A stretch of DNA of 64,000 bases from Pseudogymnoascus verrucosus (taxonomy: Eukaryota), in assembly GCA_001662655.1 (NCBI GenBank), contig KV460219.1. One strand, given 5' to 3'. How positions within the stretch are numbered: the stretch's first letter is position 1; the number at the start of each line of letters is the position of its first letter. The position numbers and the translations under genes were made by a program. Positions 49,234 through 61,476 of this stretch are shown here, in pieces. The notes beneath the pieces are model-generated. The model did no database searches and had not been told where the DNA came from. It saw only the letters and a list, made by a program, of their open reading frames with translations.

Positions 49234-50492
49234 TGATGGGGTCTTGGGGATCGCTCACGTAGCTCCTCGTAATCATGAAGGGACTAGTGGAGACGTGGAA
49301 TTGGGTTTGGGGGTTTGGTCCGGTGATGATGGATCGGGCTCGTATCGGGAGCGTGTGTGGGGGGGCTCGAAAGGGGGTTGGTAATGACAGACTGGGTGAG
49401 GGGTTATTATCCGGATTCCATTACTTCTCAGATGATGCTCGAATTTTTCCATTTCCATTTTTAAGGCGTGCTTACTCACTCACTTACAATACTTGTACCA
49501 GCCTACGATTGTGTTAGTTTTCTCATAGTTCCAGAAATTAGATAGATGCAGTACCAATACAGAACAGATCAAGCTTATCTCACTCACCGTCCCTACCTAC
49601 CTACCCCTCTTACCCCTCCTTCCTCATCTTACAACAAAATCATCACATCTCAACAAGCACCCCCACCACACCACCCCGCCAACATAAACCCGACAACACA
49701 TTGATTGACCCGAGGAGCCCAGCAACCTTCCCAGACCGCTCAAACACCCCCCACCCCCCACATTCATGCCCGTCACATCCGTCCCCTGCCCCAAGCGGGT
49801 CCTCCTGCCCGTCATCCACAACGCTGTAACGCCGGTTTCCGCCGCTACGGCGCGTCACCACCATCCATCCCCTAGCTCCACCAGCATGACCTCGTACCCT
49901 ATCTCCCGCCCCTGCGCTGCGGCGGACGAATAGAATACAAGGCCTATAATTCACAAAGGTAACAGCCAGCCAGTCAATACCACCGCGTATCACACGCCTG
50001 CCCCCACCACGCCTCTTCCGTCACCGCTGCGATGGCGGTGGGAGCGCTGGTGGGGTGTTGGATTCCGCTGTCCGGGAAGGGGGGATTTTGAAGGGGGGGT
50101 GAGAGGGGGACGGTATGGCTGTTTTGGGGATTGTGCAGTTGGGAACAAGGAGATGGGTTAATATTGAGATGGACCGATCTTATTTTAATCTGTGTTTGGA
50201 GGGGTTCGCGGGTTTGCTGGGACGGGATGGTGGGATGGGTGGGATGCTTGGTGGGGTTGGAAGGAGGGGTCGAGTTTCGCTTGGTTTTCTCGCTTAATTC
50301 CTGTCGCTGATGGGACTAAGCGAGAGTTTGAGGTGCTGTCAGTGCAGGCACGGAGACACAGAGGCGTGGAAAGAGCGACATTGTGTAATCTCAGCCCCTA
50401 TCTAAGACAAGTAAAAAAAAATCAACCACATCATCAGCATGCAATTGTGATTCTCAGTTCAGAGAAACAAAAGGCAAAAAAAATATAATCAA

Positions 50493-50590
50493 TGACAACT
50501 GTGGGATTCGAACCCACGCTCTTTCGAACCAGTAGTTTGATGAATCAGGTGAACCTGAAACTGGCGCCATAACCGCTCGGCCAAGTTGCC
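50493..50590 (-). tRNA. tRNA-Leu (anticodon CAG) with an intron of about 19 nt
   Basis: GGCAACT/AGTTGTC acceptor stem, TGGCCGAGCGGT A-box, CCAGT-TTCAGG..ACTGG anticodon arm, long variable arm, GGTTCGAATCC B-box, downstream T8 terminator. Confidence 0.95.
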
Positions 50591-51738
50591 TGTTTGATTG
50601 GAATGGGGAGTGGTAATTGGTACTAACAACACCGCTCGGGCTCTAGGGATACTAAACCTCGACATATCATGGATGGTACTCGGGGATAACTCCTTCCTAA
50701 ATTTGCCTCCAGAGAACGTGCAATCACACAATCGAATTCGATTCACCGATGAATGAGGGGGAGAATATTAAAGTGACCAGATGATTTCGGCGCTCGTTCC
50801 TGTTGTGGAACTTCGAGACCTCCTACGTGAGTTTAACGATAGCAAAATGCTGTTGGGGTAGATTCTTGCTACCAGAAGTTCCTGCTGTCGAGGCTTTCTG
50901 TTGTCATAAAAATTTCTGTTGCCGCGAGTTGCTGCTGTCGTCGAAGATTTCCCCTGTCGGGAGCATGAATAGTTCGCTTGCCTGAACTTTTTCTCTCCCT
51001 CCGGCGCTATGCCCCATGATCCAACGAGCATGGTCTAAGCCAACTTGCTCTGTGAGATCTGTTCGATGCGCCGCCGAATAGCATAAAACGTAATGGTTCT
51101 AGAATATCCCATACCCTTCCCACGTTCTCGGGGGTACTCAGTAAGGGATGCAGAGCTAGCTGGCTTATCAGAGGCTTCTAGGCCTCGAGGTGTGCTCCCG
51201 TTCATGGGGACGTCGAAGTGAAACAGCCCAACTTCGGGAGAATGACCATGGATGCAATAATTTGTAGTAGTTGTCTGAATTTCGGCGATCCATGGTCGAT
51301 TTAGAATAATGTATGCATAGTCTATATTTTGTTGTAATTGGTTGATGGATTTTCTACTAGAGCTAATATAATATCTATGAGTCTCTTTGTAGATACATAT
51401 TTATTTTTTATAGAAGCGTGCATTTTGTTTTTTAGTTTTACATAATTAACAAACATTTTTTTCCCCTAAGTACCATTTAAGTATTATCAAAAGTGCAATT
51501 ATCATTTCTCACGTCCAAACAGTTTCAGCGTCAGTGATGTTACTCATGACTGACGCTGATTCAAGCACACAACTATGTGCTCCGTTGCGGAACTTCAAAC
51601 TCATAGTGACTCCCCGTCTATCCCTTTAAATCTTCACATCCCCCCCTAAATTCCTCATCGCCTCCATCCTCCCATCTCGGATCCAAACCACACAATCCCC
51701 CCTCAATATCAACACAAACACTACCATCAAAGAACAAA

Positions 51739-52107
51739 ATGTCAATCCCCTACTCCACCGGCCAGCCCGCCAACCCCCCTCCTCCTCCCTCCTCCCACCA
51801 GAACCTCTCAAACGGCGTCGGCGCCCTCACAAACCACGTCCACCCCCCTTCCCCCACAGTCACCATCACGCTCTCCCACCTCCCCAGTCTCGGAACCACC
51901 TCCCCGACACCACAGGCACCAAACCCCCTCACACGCCCCTCAGGCTTCACACCGGCAACAACCGGGCAACATCACTCACAGCCGCGCGCCATGGCTGGGG
52001 CACCGATAGCGGTTTCTTTCGCGAGAAGAATTGGCGAGATGGATGACCCGACAGCGGTTTATATGCGGGAACTCATTGAGAGTGTTGAGACGGCGAGGAT
52101 TGGTTGA
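51739..52107 (+). CDS. small proline-rich hypothetical protein
   Basis: 122-aa ORF with caaaATG context, C-rich 5' and G-rich 3' composition like neighbouring genes; no recognised domain. Confidence 0.4.
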   Translation: MSIPYSTGQPANPPPPPSSHQNLSNGVGALTNHVHPPSPTVTITLSHLPSLGTTSPTPQAPNPLTRPSGFTPATTGQHHSQPRAMAGAPIAVSFARRIGEMDDPTAVYMRELIESVETARIG

Positions 52108-53152
52108 GAGGCGCTGGGGGCTGAGAGAAGGGAGGATGGTGCTTGAGAGATGGTTAGGGGAAGGAGGATGGCGGTGGAGGGTGGTTGTGATGAAAGGACC
52201 CCTTTTCGTGAACGGAGGGGAAGTGGTGTCTGGGAGTCTGGGAAGAAGTTATCAGTGTCTCTGTCCATTTGTGAGGGATAAAAAGCCAGATAATCGCCTA
52301 TAGCAATTAATCACATCGCATGGTATAACAAGCTAGAGAAATGTTCAGAGGAGGAGAAGTTGGATTGCAAGAAAGCGACAGATGAAGAGAGTTGCGAGTT
52401 AGTCTTCATAACTCGGAATGAGATATTCGCAACAAACTTCCCTGCTTCTGCCCCTCGAAATATACTTATATCTCGCTACGGTAAGGGCCTTCCCGAGCAA
52501 GCATACCTTGCAATAACACGGGTAGCTGCTGCATTCAAGCAAGCATACCTTACAACAACACAGATGTTGGCGGTGTCCCCGCTGCTGAATGAGGCAAAGC
52601 CCTATTCATTTCTTGCTGTCACCTACTGTTTCTTACCACCTCCCATTTTTCTCACCACCCTTCCTGTTTCTCGCTATTGCTCCTTCTTGTCACTACGTTT
52701 CTTGTCACCTTGCTCGATAATCCCACGTTCCAAACCTCATCATTCGCGGGGTCTAACAGGGCCTTTATGCCGAGGACTTGCCAGATCTTAAATGCCATAA
52801 TTGACATCATAGCCGGGATGTAAGGATGAACGGAGTCTAGATTGCCCAAGAAAACACAATCTTTAATATAACAAAATCTCTGGGGAAAATTCTCCAATGC
52901 CTGGGACATGCACTTTTGCACCCGCAGCCCCTGGAAAAAAGGGTGTGAAAAGGGACATCTATGACATTAGCACGCTGACACGCGATGAAGAATATGGAGA
53001 TAATAAGTGTACAGGAAGAGAAAAATAATAAACATAGGTGTCTTCCCCACACCTCCCAAACCCCGCCCACCGCTCCGCCGCATAGCAGCATGCAGCTAAC
53101 CGTCATCAACCATATCATCAGTCTTTCTTTCATCACGGATCATTCCACAAAC

Positions 53153-54717
53153 CTAAGCCTTCCTCCTCGGCGACTTCCTGATAGAAGACGCACCGCTCAT
53201 CGACGCACCACTCGCCTCGGCCTCCTCCACGCTACCATTCAACTTAATAGTCGGCACATTGACCCCAGTAATACTGCTCAACTCCTTCTTCTCTCTCTCC
53301 GCGCGCTCCTTCTCATCACGCAACTCGCGGTCATACTCCTCGTCATCCTCAGCGTCGCTGCGCTCATCAGACAGCGCATTGAAGAAGAGGAAGCGGTATG
53401 CGATGCGCAGGATCGAGAACAGCCAGAAAAGGTTGAGGCATTGCAGACAGCTGAGTAGGGCCGCGGTGATGTAGTGCGAGAGGTCGCACTTGTATTGCTC
53501 TGTTTCCCAGTTGAGCTCGTAGGGGCCGACGGTCTTGAACTCGAAGAAGAGGGAGAGGAGGATGCGGAGGTTGAGGTAGTGGCGCATGTAGATCCAGACG
53601 AAAGTGAAGAGGCCGAAGTAGGGGCCCACGAGGGGATGGTCGATGTAGTTCAGTGTCTTGGATGTCTGTTGGTTGTTAGTAGTGGTCTTGAGAACGTATG
53701 AGGAGGACTTACAGCAAGGAAGAAATCACTAATGTCGTGGGTGGTATACACAGCCAGCCCGATATAGGTGAAGTGAAAGCGGTAGCTGAGCCCAATAAGC
53801 AACAAGCTAACAATATGGTGTCCCACCAGCTCCTTAAAGTCCTTGCGCGGCTTCTCCATTCCCAGCAGCAGCACGATAGCCTGCTGCGCCCAGTACGCCG
53901 CCTGGAAGAGATAGTAGAACTTGAAGTCTGCCGCGAGAGTGCGGTGGGGGAACCCCTCGTACATGCCGGGGATGTTAAAGTACCACACTGGCGTGCGACT
54001 CATAACATACATGCCAGCCGGTCCCGAACACGCAAAGTAGATGGCCGTGTACACCTGCTCCATGAAGCGGGATTGCTTGGCGCGCGAGCGTAGCCCGCAG
54101 TATACCGCGAGGGGGCGCAGCAGCATCTGCATGATAAACTCGCGCGTGAAGGAGAGAACCACAATGTAGAAAGACAGGAACGCGTAGTCCCAGTATCCCT
54201 TGCCGTATTTGTGCTCGGTACCGGGGGGGCTGCCAGCGGGGATGGGACGCTTGTAGGAGAGCCAGATGAAGCGGTTGATGATGTTGGACTCGGTGGGGTT
54301 GACGGCGTAGAGGGCAGCGAAGACGCCGAGGATGGCGAGAGGTGTCACCCAGGTGTATTTCAGGGCGACGGTCTTGCACCTTCTCAATAGTGACTTGGCC
54401 TTCCTCCGCTTAGAGTACGGGCGCGCCTTGCGGTCGCGTTCACTCTTTGCCTATAACGACGTCAGTATGTCTTCACGACGATATACCCCGCCACAATCAG
54501 CACAGAATCTCACCCTCGACAACGCCGCACTCTGCGTCTTCAGTTCCATCGTCGCAATGGCCGGCACACCCGTATCACCCGCCCTGATCTCTCCTCCCAA
54601 CCCACTGCTCTTCCTCCTCCTCTGGACCTTCTTCTGGACGCTCGCGCCCGTCGTCTCCTCTGGCAAAAGCCTATTCACCTGCTCATCCAGCGCTGGGAAA
54701 GGCTCCGTCTTCTCCAT
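53153..54717 (-). CDS. LAC1: ceramide synthase (Lag1/Lac1, TLC domain); introns 54451-54513 and 53666-53712
   Basis: RFMEQVY, EKPRKDFKELVGHHIV, THDISDFFLA|TSKTLNY, WIYMRHYLN; acidic tail. Confidence 0.93.
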
Positions 54718-55615
54718 CGTCGTGTAGCTCTGTGTTCCTCCGGGGCTTTACAGTCTGTCCTCGGGACGACCGAGGTGTTCCCAAGGGAAAAAAAGGGGGG
54801 GTTGTGTAATCGCGCGGCGAAAAGTCGCACGGGCGGCGCTTCGACGGGTAGCGCGTGTCGAAAGCTCAGACGCAGGGGCGTGTAAGCATATAGGGCGTGA
54901 ACCTGCGCAAATGAGGGGTTATAGGTGTAATTGCAGGTGATGTTGTACAAGGAGTGAAGGTGTTCAGCCGTTGATTTCACAAGCAACGCCGAAAAGTTGC
55001 CGGGTCGCGGGGAAACTGTTACTCCGGTGGTGGGGTCACCGTCATCACTACGTCGGACATTGATTTTGGAATTTTAAGGGTTTAGAACCGAACGGGGATA
55101 TCATGCCACTATGGAATGGTGTGCAAAAGTAAATAGGGGACCTGAACTAGAACACCAGAAGCCGGTAGTCAAGATTCTAGAAAGTCAAAGGGTTTAAGGT
55201 CAATGATCTAGCGTACATATATATCCCCGCGCGCTACGGCACCGAAAAAAAGTCCACGCATGAATCAACCAGAAACCTTCCCCAACTCGAGAATGGGTAA
55301 AACGAAGTACACAAAGTAAGATATAGAAGGTATATGCTCCGTGAAAACCCTAAGATCCAAAATAGAAGTCGCTAAATCCGACATCCAAATCCTTTCCCCG
55401 CAGTTTTTCTTTTGACAACCGGAAGCCTGTAGAAGAAACGCCTTCGTACGAGCCCAGTTTACTGCTCCAAATCCATACTTCCCAAGCACTTTGTCCCATT
55501 CGCCGTTCCCCGGCCAGGCACATCTCCATCCCAACTCCCACAACGACTCTGCAATGCTGCTCAAAAACAATTTCTTCACCAAACACGTCACACCCACCCC
55601 CTTATTTATTTATCC

Positions 55616-57288
55616 TTAGATAATCCCCCCTGGTGGCTCATATGCCTGCTGGACCCTCTGCCCATTGCCCCTCAGCGGCAACCTGCCGTCCAAACCCCCA
55701 CTCCCTGGTGGCTCGGACCCTGGCCCCTCAGGATGTGTCTTTCTCAGCATGAACATGGGCTTCTTCCCCTCCTTATCCAGCTGCTTAAACAGAATCAAGG
55801 GCTTCTCGTCCCTCTCGAGACAGCGTTCTTGGTCACCGAACACAATATATAGCGCGTACTGCTCAGCCGGAGCGTTGATGTTGTACTTCTTTAGCGCAGC
55901 GGGGAGCACCTTCCAGCACGGATCCTCCATGCTCACCCGGAAGGACTTGAAGATCTCAACTGACGATGATTGTGCGTCTAGTGCGGGGGTTGGGGCGCGC
56001 CGAGGTTGTCCTCCAGGCTTCATGCTGTCGCGCGGATAAGATTGGTAGGAGTTAAGGGTGTCGGTCTCGTTGCCGGTGAATGTGCTACGGCCAGAGGGGG
56101 TGTTGATCTCGTTGCGGTAAGAGCGGGAGGCGAGGGTCGAGCCGGAGAGAGTCTTGAGTTGGTGAGGTGGCGAGGTGGGGGAGGGAATGTTGGGAGATAG
56201 TCCTGGAGAGGTCTGTGGTTGTCCGCCGTTCATCGCTGCGAGGTGTGATGAGGATAGGACGGCTCGCTCAGCTGCTGCAGATGGGTCGAGAGCCTGCTCC
56301 ATCATTGTGCGCTCCTGGGATTGATGGGTAGGCGATGCGTTCTTTGGAGTGGAGCCGAGGAAAAATTGCTTCGTCGAGAATTTCCGCTGGAGTCCGCCTC
56401 CTGACTGGCCTGATGATGGACCGGGTGCTGGAGGAGATATAGTCGCAGATGTGTCATATGCGGCGTATTGCTGGTTGTAGTTCTGGTTACTTGGTGCGTT
56501 GGGGTGGTATGGGAGCGGCTGTCCCTCCTTCGCCATTCGGAACACGGGTAGCAGGTCTTCTCGTAGTCGACGGTATTCTTCTGTGATCTTTCGCATCTCA
56601 GCCTCTGCGATGCTCATCCGCTCGTCCCGCAGCCGCAACTGCTCCACCAGTTGTCTGATATCCTTCAGCGTCGCTGTGGCATACTGTGCTTCTGCATCGG
56701 CAGCTTCTAAAAGTTAGCACAACACTCTGTAATAACATCCCCGGCCAACATCAGATGGAATTTAGACTTACATAACGGCACATAGTGATCGCTCTCGATC
56801 CTCACATCCTGCTTGATCTTGATTTCGTATACGCTCTTCAGAATCGTCAACCGATGTCCCACACTCCCAATCCCCATCTCCTTCAAATCCTCATGCAGCA
56901 GTGCCACCAGACTCTGTCCCGTAATGTCGTTCTCTGCAGCACACCGTTAGCCCTTATTTCTCCCCCTCATCTCCGCCCCCACCCTCTCTCCCCTCAGGAA
57001 AAACTCACCCAAAAAGATTCCAGTATAGACACTCAACCCCAACCCGCCCACAAAGTCCGCACACTCCTCCGCCGTCCAGTCGACGATTCCCCCTCCCCTC
57101 TCCCCTCCGCTCATCCTTCCATATGTAGTCGGTGTGTGCTCGCTGCCGCTCCCCGACTCATCGTCCTCGCTGCCGCTATCCACACTGTCGTCGTCGGTAA
57201 CCTGCACAGGGCTACTCGCATGCACACTGCGCTCATACTCGTCGTCGGCGTCGGACTCGGGGTACGCGGTGCCAGACTCAAAGGCCAT
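55616..57288 (-). CDS. STE50: MAPK adaptor Ste50 (SAM plus RA domains); introns 56934-57008 and 56704-56771
   Basis: SAM: WTAEECADFV..L, LHEDLKEMGIGSVGHRLTILKSVY; RA: FKSFRVSMEDPCWKVLPAALKKYNI...KPMFMLRK. Confidence 0.93.
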
Positions 57289-58471
57289 TTTCGTGGTGGG
57301 TGGGTGGGTGGTGGTCCCCTCCGTCTGTGCTGATCTGTTCTCGTTGCGGGTTTGACTCCGCTGTACGCCCTGTACTCTGCTCCTCTCGATCTGCTCGTCT
57401 CGGGTCGCTCAGTCGCGGTGAATTTGTACGTTGCTCTGCCTTCCTTTTCCTTTCGATTTCCGATCCTGTAGTCGTGAGGTCGAGACGCTTCAAGAACAGA
57501 CTGGTAGAGCGGCTCCAGCTGCAGCGTCTGGGTTTGGCTAGCACGGGTCGGCGCTAAACCGGCTAGGGGTGCGAACAAGGGTTGGTGGACGAGGAAGGGG
57601 GCTAGCGGGCGGCTTGTTCCGCCAGGTACGGGGTGGGCGACGCCAAGAACTGCTGCTTTGGGATTGGAGGGGGTACGGGGAGAACGGGGGATGGGGACGA
57701 CGGTTGGCTTTTGTTGTGGAGGCTGACAGTGGCTGTGCATGGGGGATGGGGGGATGAGGGGGGTACGAGGAATCTGAGGAGTACGACTGAGACTTGTTAC
57801 GTTGCAGGCGGCTGTGTTAGGGGAGAAAACCCCCTTTCCTCAACATCCTTTTTTCTTTTCTTCATCCCTTGTTGAAGAGATTTTGTTTACTCTTTAATCT
57901 ATCTATTTAATGATATTTTAGCAAGGAAGCCGTTGGAAATCTCCCTTGCCCACTTTTTAAATACTCTCGCATCACGGATAATCACCGCCCGTCCGGTCAT
58001 GGGCATCACGGACGTTGCGATTTCCTTAAAATAAAGCTAGAAGTGGGGAACTGTAATTGTGCATGGAATTGTGATATAGGGAGTATCGCCGACATATATG
58101 AGCCCTATCCAGCTGTGAAGGTTAGACCTACCGGATCCATCTAGTTTTTCCTTTTATTTTTCTGTCATATTGGAATCGGGACATTGACTGTTGCCTTCAA
58201 TATTCTCATTCATGCTATCTCCATCTAACAGCAGCTACACGTCCGTGCTGGCCGTAGGTAGCCGATTATAACAATGTCGGCACTTTCGATGCCGCTCCAT
58301 GTATCACCCGCCAGCACCCTCGCCGAGATCCATACCCCTTTTCAAGCTGCAGGTGGGAAAAGACAATAAATTAAGAAGTCACTCTTCATTGCGAGGTTGT
58401 TACAATTTGATCCTTCCTGTTCCTACATCATATTTTCTTACATTACTAATACTATTCTGCATCACCCCCTC

Positions 58472-59494
58472 TTAAAATACCAGTACATTCCTAAATCTCG
58501 GCTTGCCCGCCTTCAAGCTATCAACAGCTTCCTGTACCTTATCAAAAGGATACTTCTCAATCATGCACTTAACCCCATGAACCGACGCAAACTTGATCGC
58601 CTCCTCACTATCTAAAGCATGCCCGCTCGCCCACCCCGTAACACTCGCCGCCTTCGTAAGCAGCGTCACCGTATCTAACTCAACCAGCCCAGCCGGAGCC
58701 AAACTAAGCAGCGTTCCCAACGGCGCCAAACCACTGATCAGATTCGAAACTGCCTTCGGGTTCGGCGCAGTCTGCACAATGATAGAAGCACCACCAAGCT
58801 TCATCAGCTCCGCCCCAACATCCTTCGTCTTCGTATTGATAAAATGATCCGCCCCTAGCTTCTTCGCAAACTCCTCCTTATCATCGCTCGTAGACAGCGC
58901 AACGACCTCATAACCCATCTTCTTCGCATACTGCACCGCCAAGTGCCCCAACCCACCCAGACCCTGAACAGCAACAATCGCGCCCTGCTCAACATGCAAC
59001 TTGCGAATGCCATTGAACACCGTCACACCCGCACACAACAACGGCGCCACCTCCGCCGGATCAAGCTCCTTCGGAACCCTCACTACCGCCTCCGCGCGCA
59101 GGAGCACGTACTCCGCAAACCCCCCAGGGCGACTGAGACCATTAGCCTCCTGGTTATCGCAGAGCTGGAACTGCGAGCGCTGACACTGGCGACATGTGCC
59201 ATCGTGTCCGCCGTGCCAGGGGCCGCCGACGCGGTCGCCGTTCTTGAGGTGTGTGACGTTGGAGCCGACGGAGACGATGTCACCGATGACTTCGTGGCCG
59301 GGGGTGCATGGGAAGCAGTCCCCGAAGTGGCCGCTGGCCATGCCGACGTCGGTGAAGCAGACGCCGCAGGCGAGGGATTTGATGAGGACTTCGTTGGCGG
59401 AGGGTTGTTTGAGGTCGACGGTTTTGAGGGTGTAGGGACCGTCGGCTTTGTCGACGACGACGGCCTTGTAGGACTTGGGGAGGGAAGAAGACAT
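58472..59494 (-). CDS. zinc-dependent medium-chain alcohol dehydrogenase
   Basis: CGVCFTD, PGHEVIG, C..C.....C structural Zn site, PLLCAGVT, GLGGLGH. Confidence 0.93.
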   Translation of the reverse strand: MSSSLPKSYKAVVVDKADGPYTLKTVDLKQPSANEVLIKSLACGVCFTDVGMASGHFGDCFPCTPGHEVIGDIVSVGSNVTHLKNGDRVGGPWHGGHDGTCRQCQRSQFQLCDNQEANGLSRPGGFAEYVLLRAEAVVRVPKELDPAEVAPLLCAGVTVFNGIRKLHVEQGAIVAVQGLGGLGHLAVQYAKKMGYEVVALSTSDDKEEFAKKLGADHFINTKTKDVGAELMKLGGASIIVQTAPNPKAVSNLISGLAPLGTLLSLAPAGLVELDTVTLLTKAASVTGWASGHALDSEEAIKFASVHGVKCMIEKYPFDKVQEAVDSLKAGKPRFRNVLVF

Positions 59495-60157
59495 TGTTGG
59501 TATCGAGGTACAAGCTACTTGGTAGGTTGCTTTGAGATAATGAGGATATGTGAGAATGTATGAATGTGTGTTAAGGAAAAAAATATAAACATATATCGAG
59601 AGGAAACCTATACCTTAAGTAGGTCCAACCTCATATCCCCAACGGCATGTGAACTTGATTTTGTAATCCAATAATTACACATCACGCTGCTGCTAATTGG
59701 CCGATAAGTAGAAGGTGGGTGATATCCCCAAATGCGAACCGCTTTTCTATGATATCACCGTCAAACAGTGACGACATGGTGTTTATGGAGTTAGTTGCCT
59801 CTATCGGATTTACCGTTCGTCGTGGCATCGCACTTATCATTCAGCCGCTAGCGGCCGCTTCAGTCGCATATGCGGATCCCAAGCCTGGACAGTATTTGTA
59901 GCATACACCCACTTGCTTACATACTCTAGTATGTATAGCTATAAGAAAGCTTCATTTCATCTTTTTTATAAGGATAGATCAGCGTTTGACCTCGGTTGGT
60001 GATTTAAGTCCGCTAATGCCGACCCTACTACGGAGGGTCGGTAGCGATTATGCGGGGTCGAGCGGCCGCTGGTGAATAATATGGAGCCAGCCACATATTG
60101 AAACAGCTCCACGATTGCAAAGCAACAGAAGGTTCTCCAAACAATATTCTCCCAAAA

Positions 60158-60692
60158 ATGACTTCAACTGCCGATAAAGTCCGCGGAGCCTGCAACTGCG
60201 GCGCAATCAACGTAGCCATCGAATCCTCCTCCTTCCCCAAAATCGGAGGACTCTGCCACTGTCTCAATTGCCAAGCCTCATGCGGTTCACTGTGAGTATC
60301 ATAATCATCCCACACAATCCCATCTCACAACCACCGACCAGCTTCTCCTACAACCTCCCCACCCCAATCGCCGCAATCTCCATCACAGGAACCCCCAAGA
60401 TCTTCACCGAGACAACGAATAAGGGAACCACTGCACATAGACACTTTTGCGGGGACTGCGGATCGTATGATAACCCCCCAGGAAGGACTGGGCCTGGCTA
60501 ATGTGAAGCACAAACAGACCTATCATGACGACCGTTGTCGAGAAACCAGAAACTGCGTATGTGAAGGGGGGTTTATTCCGTAAGTCTGGGGTTGAGCTGC
60601 CGAAGCCGGCGGCGCAGATTTATATGCTGAGGGCCGGGGAGTGGGAGGTGCCGCTTGAGGGGGTGCATTCCGCCGATCTTGATCTCGAGTAA
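60158..60692 (+). CDS. GFA/CENP-V (Mss4-like) zinc protein; introns 60292-60341 and 60465-60517
   Basis: GACNCGAI, CHCLNCQ, RHFCGDCGS|PI, AYVKGG motifs joined by canonical introns. Confidence 0.88.
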
Positions 60693-61476
60693 AGAGACAA
60701 GTGAATGAAGGTTTGTCATTTAGGAAGTCAATATATCGTTTCTTTGATCATAGTTGTGCGTGGACTTGTGGACGCAACTGCCAAGGAACCTGTGCTGCGA
60801 CGTGGCATGGTGGCTGAGACTGTCTTGCTTATACTGATCTTCAATTGCTGTCTACCTTCCTTTACTGCCCGTGTAGGGGACAGGTCACATCCCCCTCGGC
60901 GTCTGCCTAACACCCCTCAGAAGATAATGCAATCAATCAATCAATCAACACATTCATTCTTCAATTCCTCAACTCATTCCTCAATCACCCAACCCCTCAC
61001 AGACACAAACCACCCTCCCTAAACCCAGACATACCGTAGTACCCATACCCGTAAACCCTCAAGGTCTACATGCCTACAAAGAAGCAAACCCCCTAAATAC
61101 AACCAACCCTCTTCACCAATCCACCCTCACTAACCCTTTCCTCCCCTCCCGAAACAGAAAACAATATGCCTCCTTAAACCATAGAAACCATGCCATAAAC
61201 GCCATTCCTGCATCCCCACCACATCGCGCGCGTCGCAACCAAATCGAAATATACACATTCATCGCGCGCGCGTGCGTTGCTCAAAAAAAATATTGAAGAA
61301 AAAGAAAAACATAGACCCTTCAAGCGCGCTCGTGAGCGTGGGACTTGGAAGGGGGGTGTTCATGACTATCGTACTCATCCCGTCTGTCGGTCTGGCTGTT
61401 GCGTTGTTGGGCGTTCAGTGTGCCGACCCCTTGCTCCGTGGAGACAACGGAGGAGAAATGAGGGGATGCGAACCCC

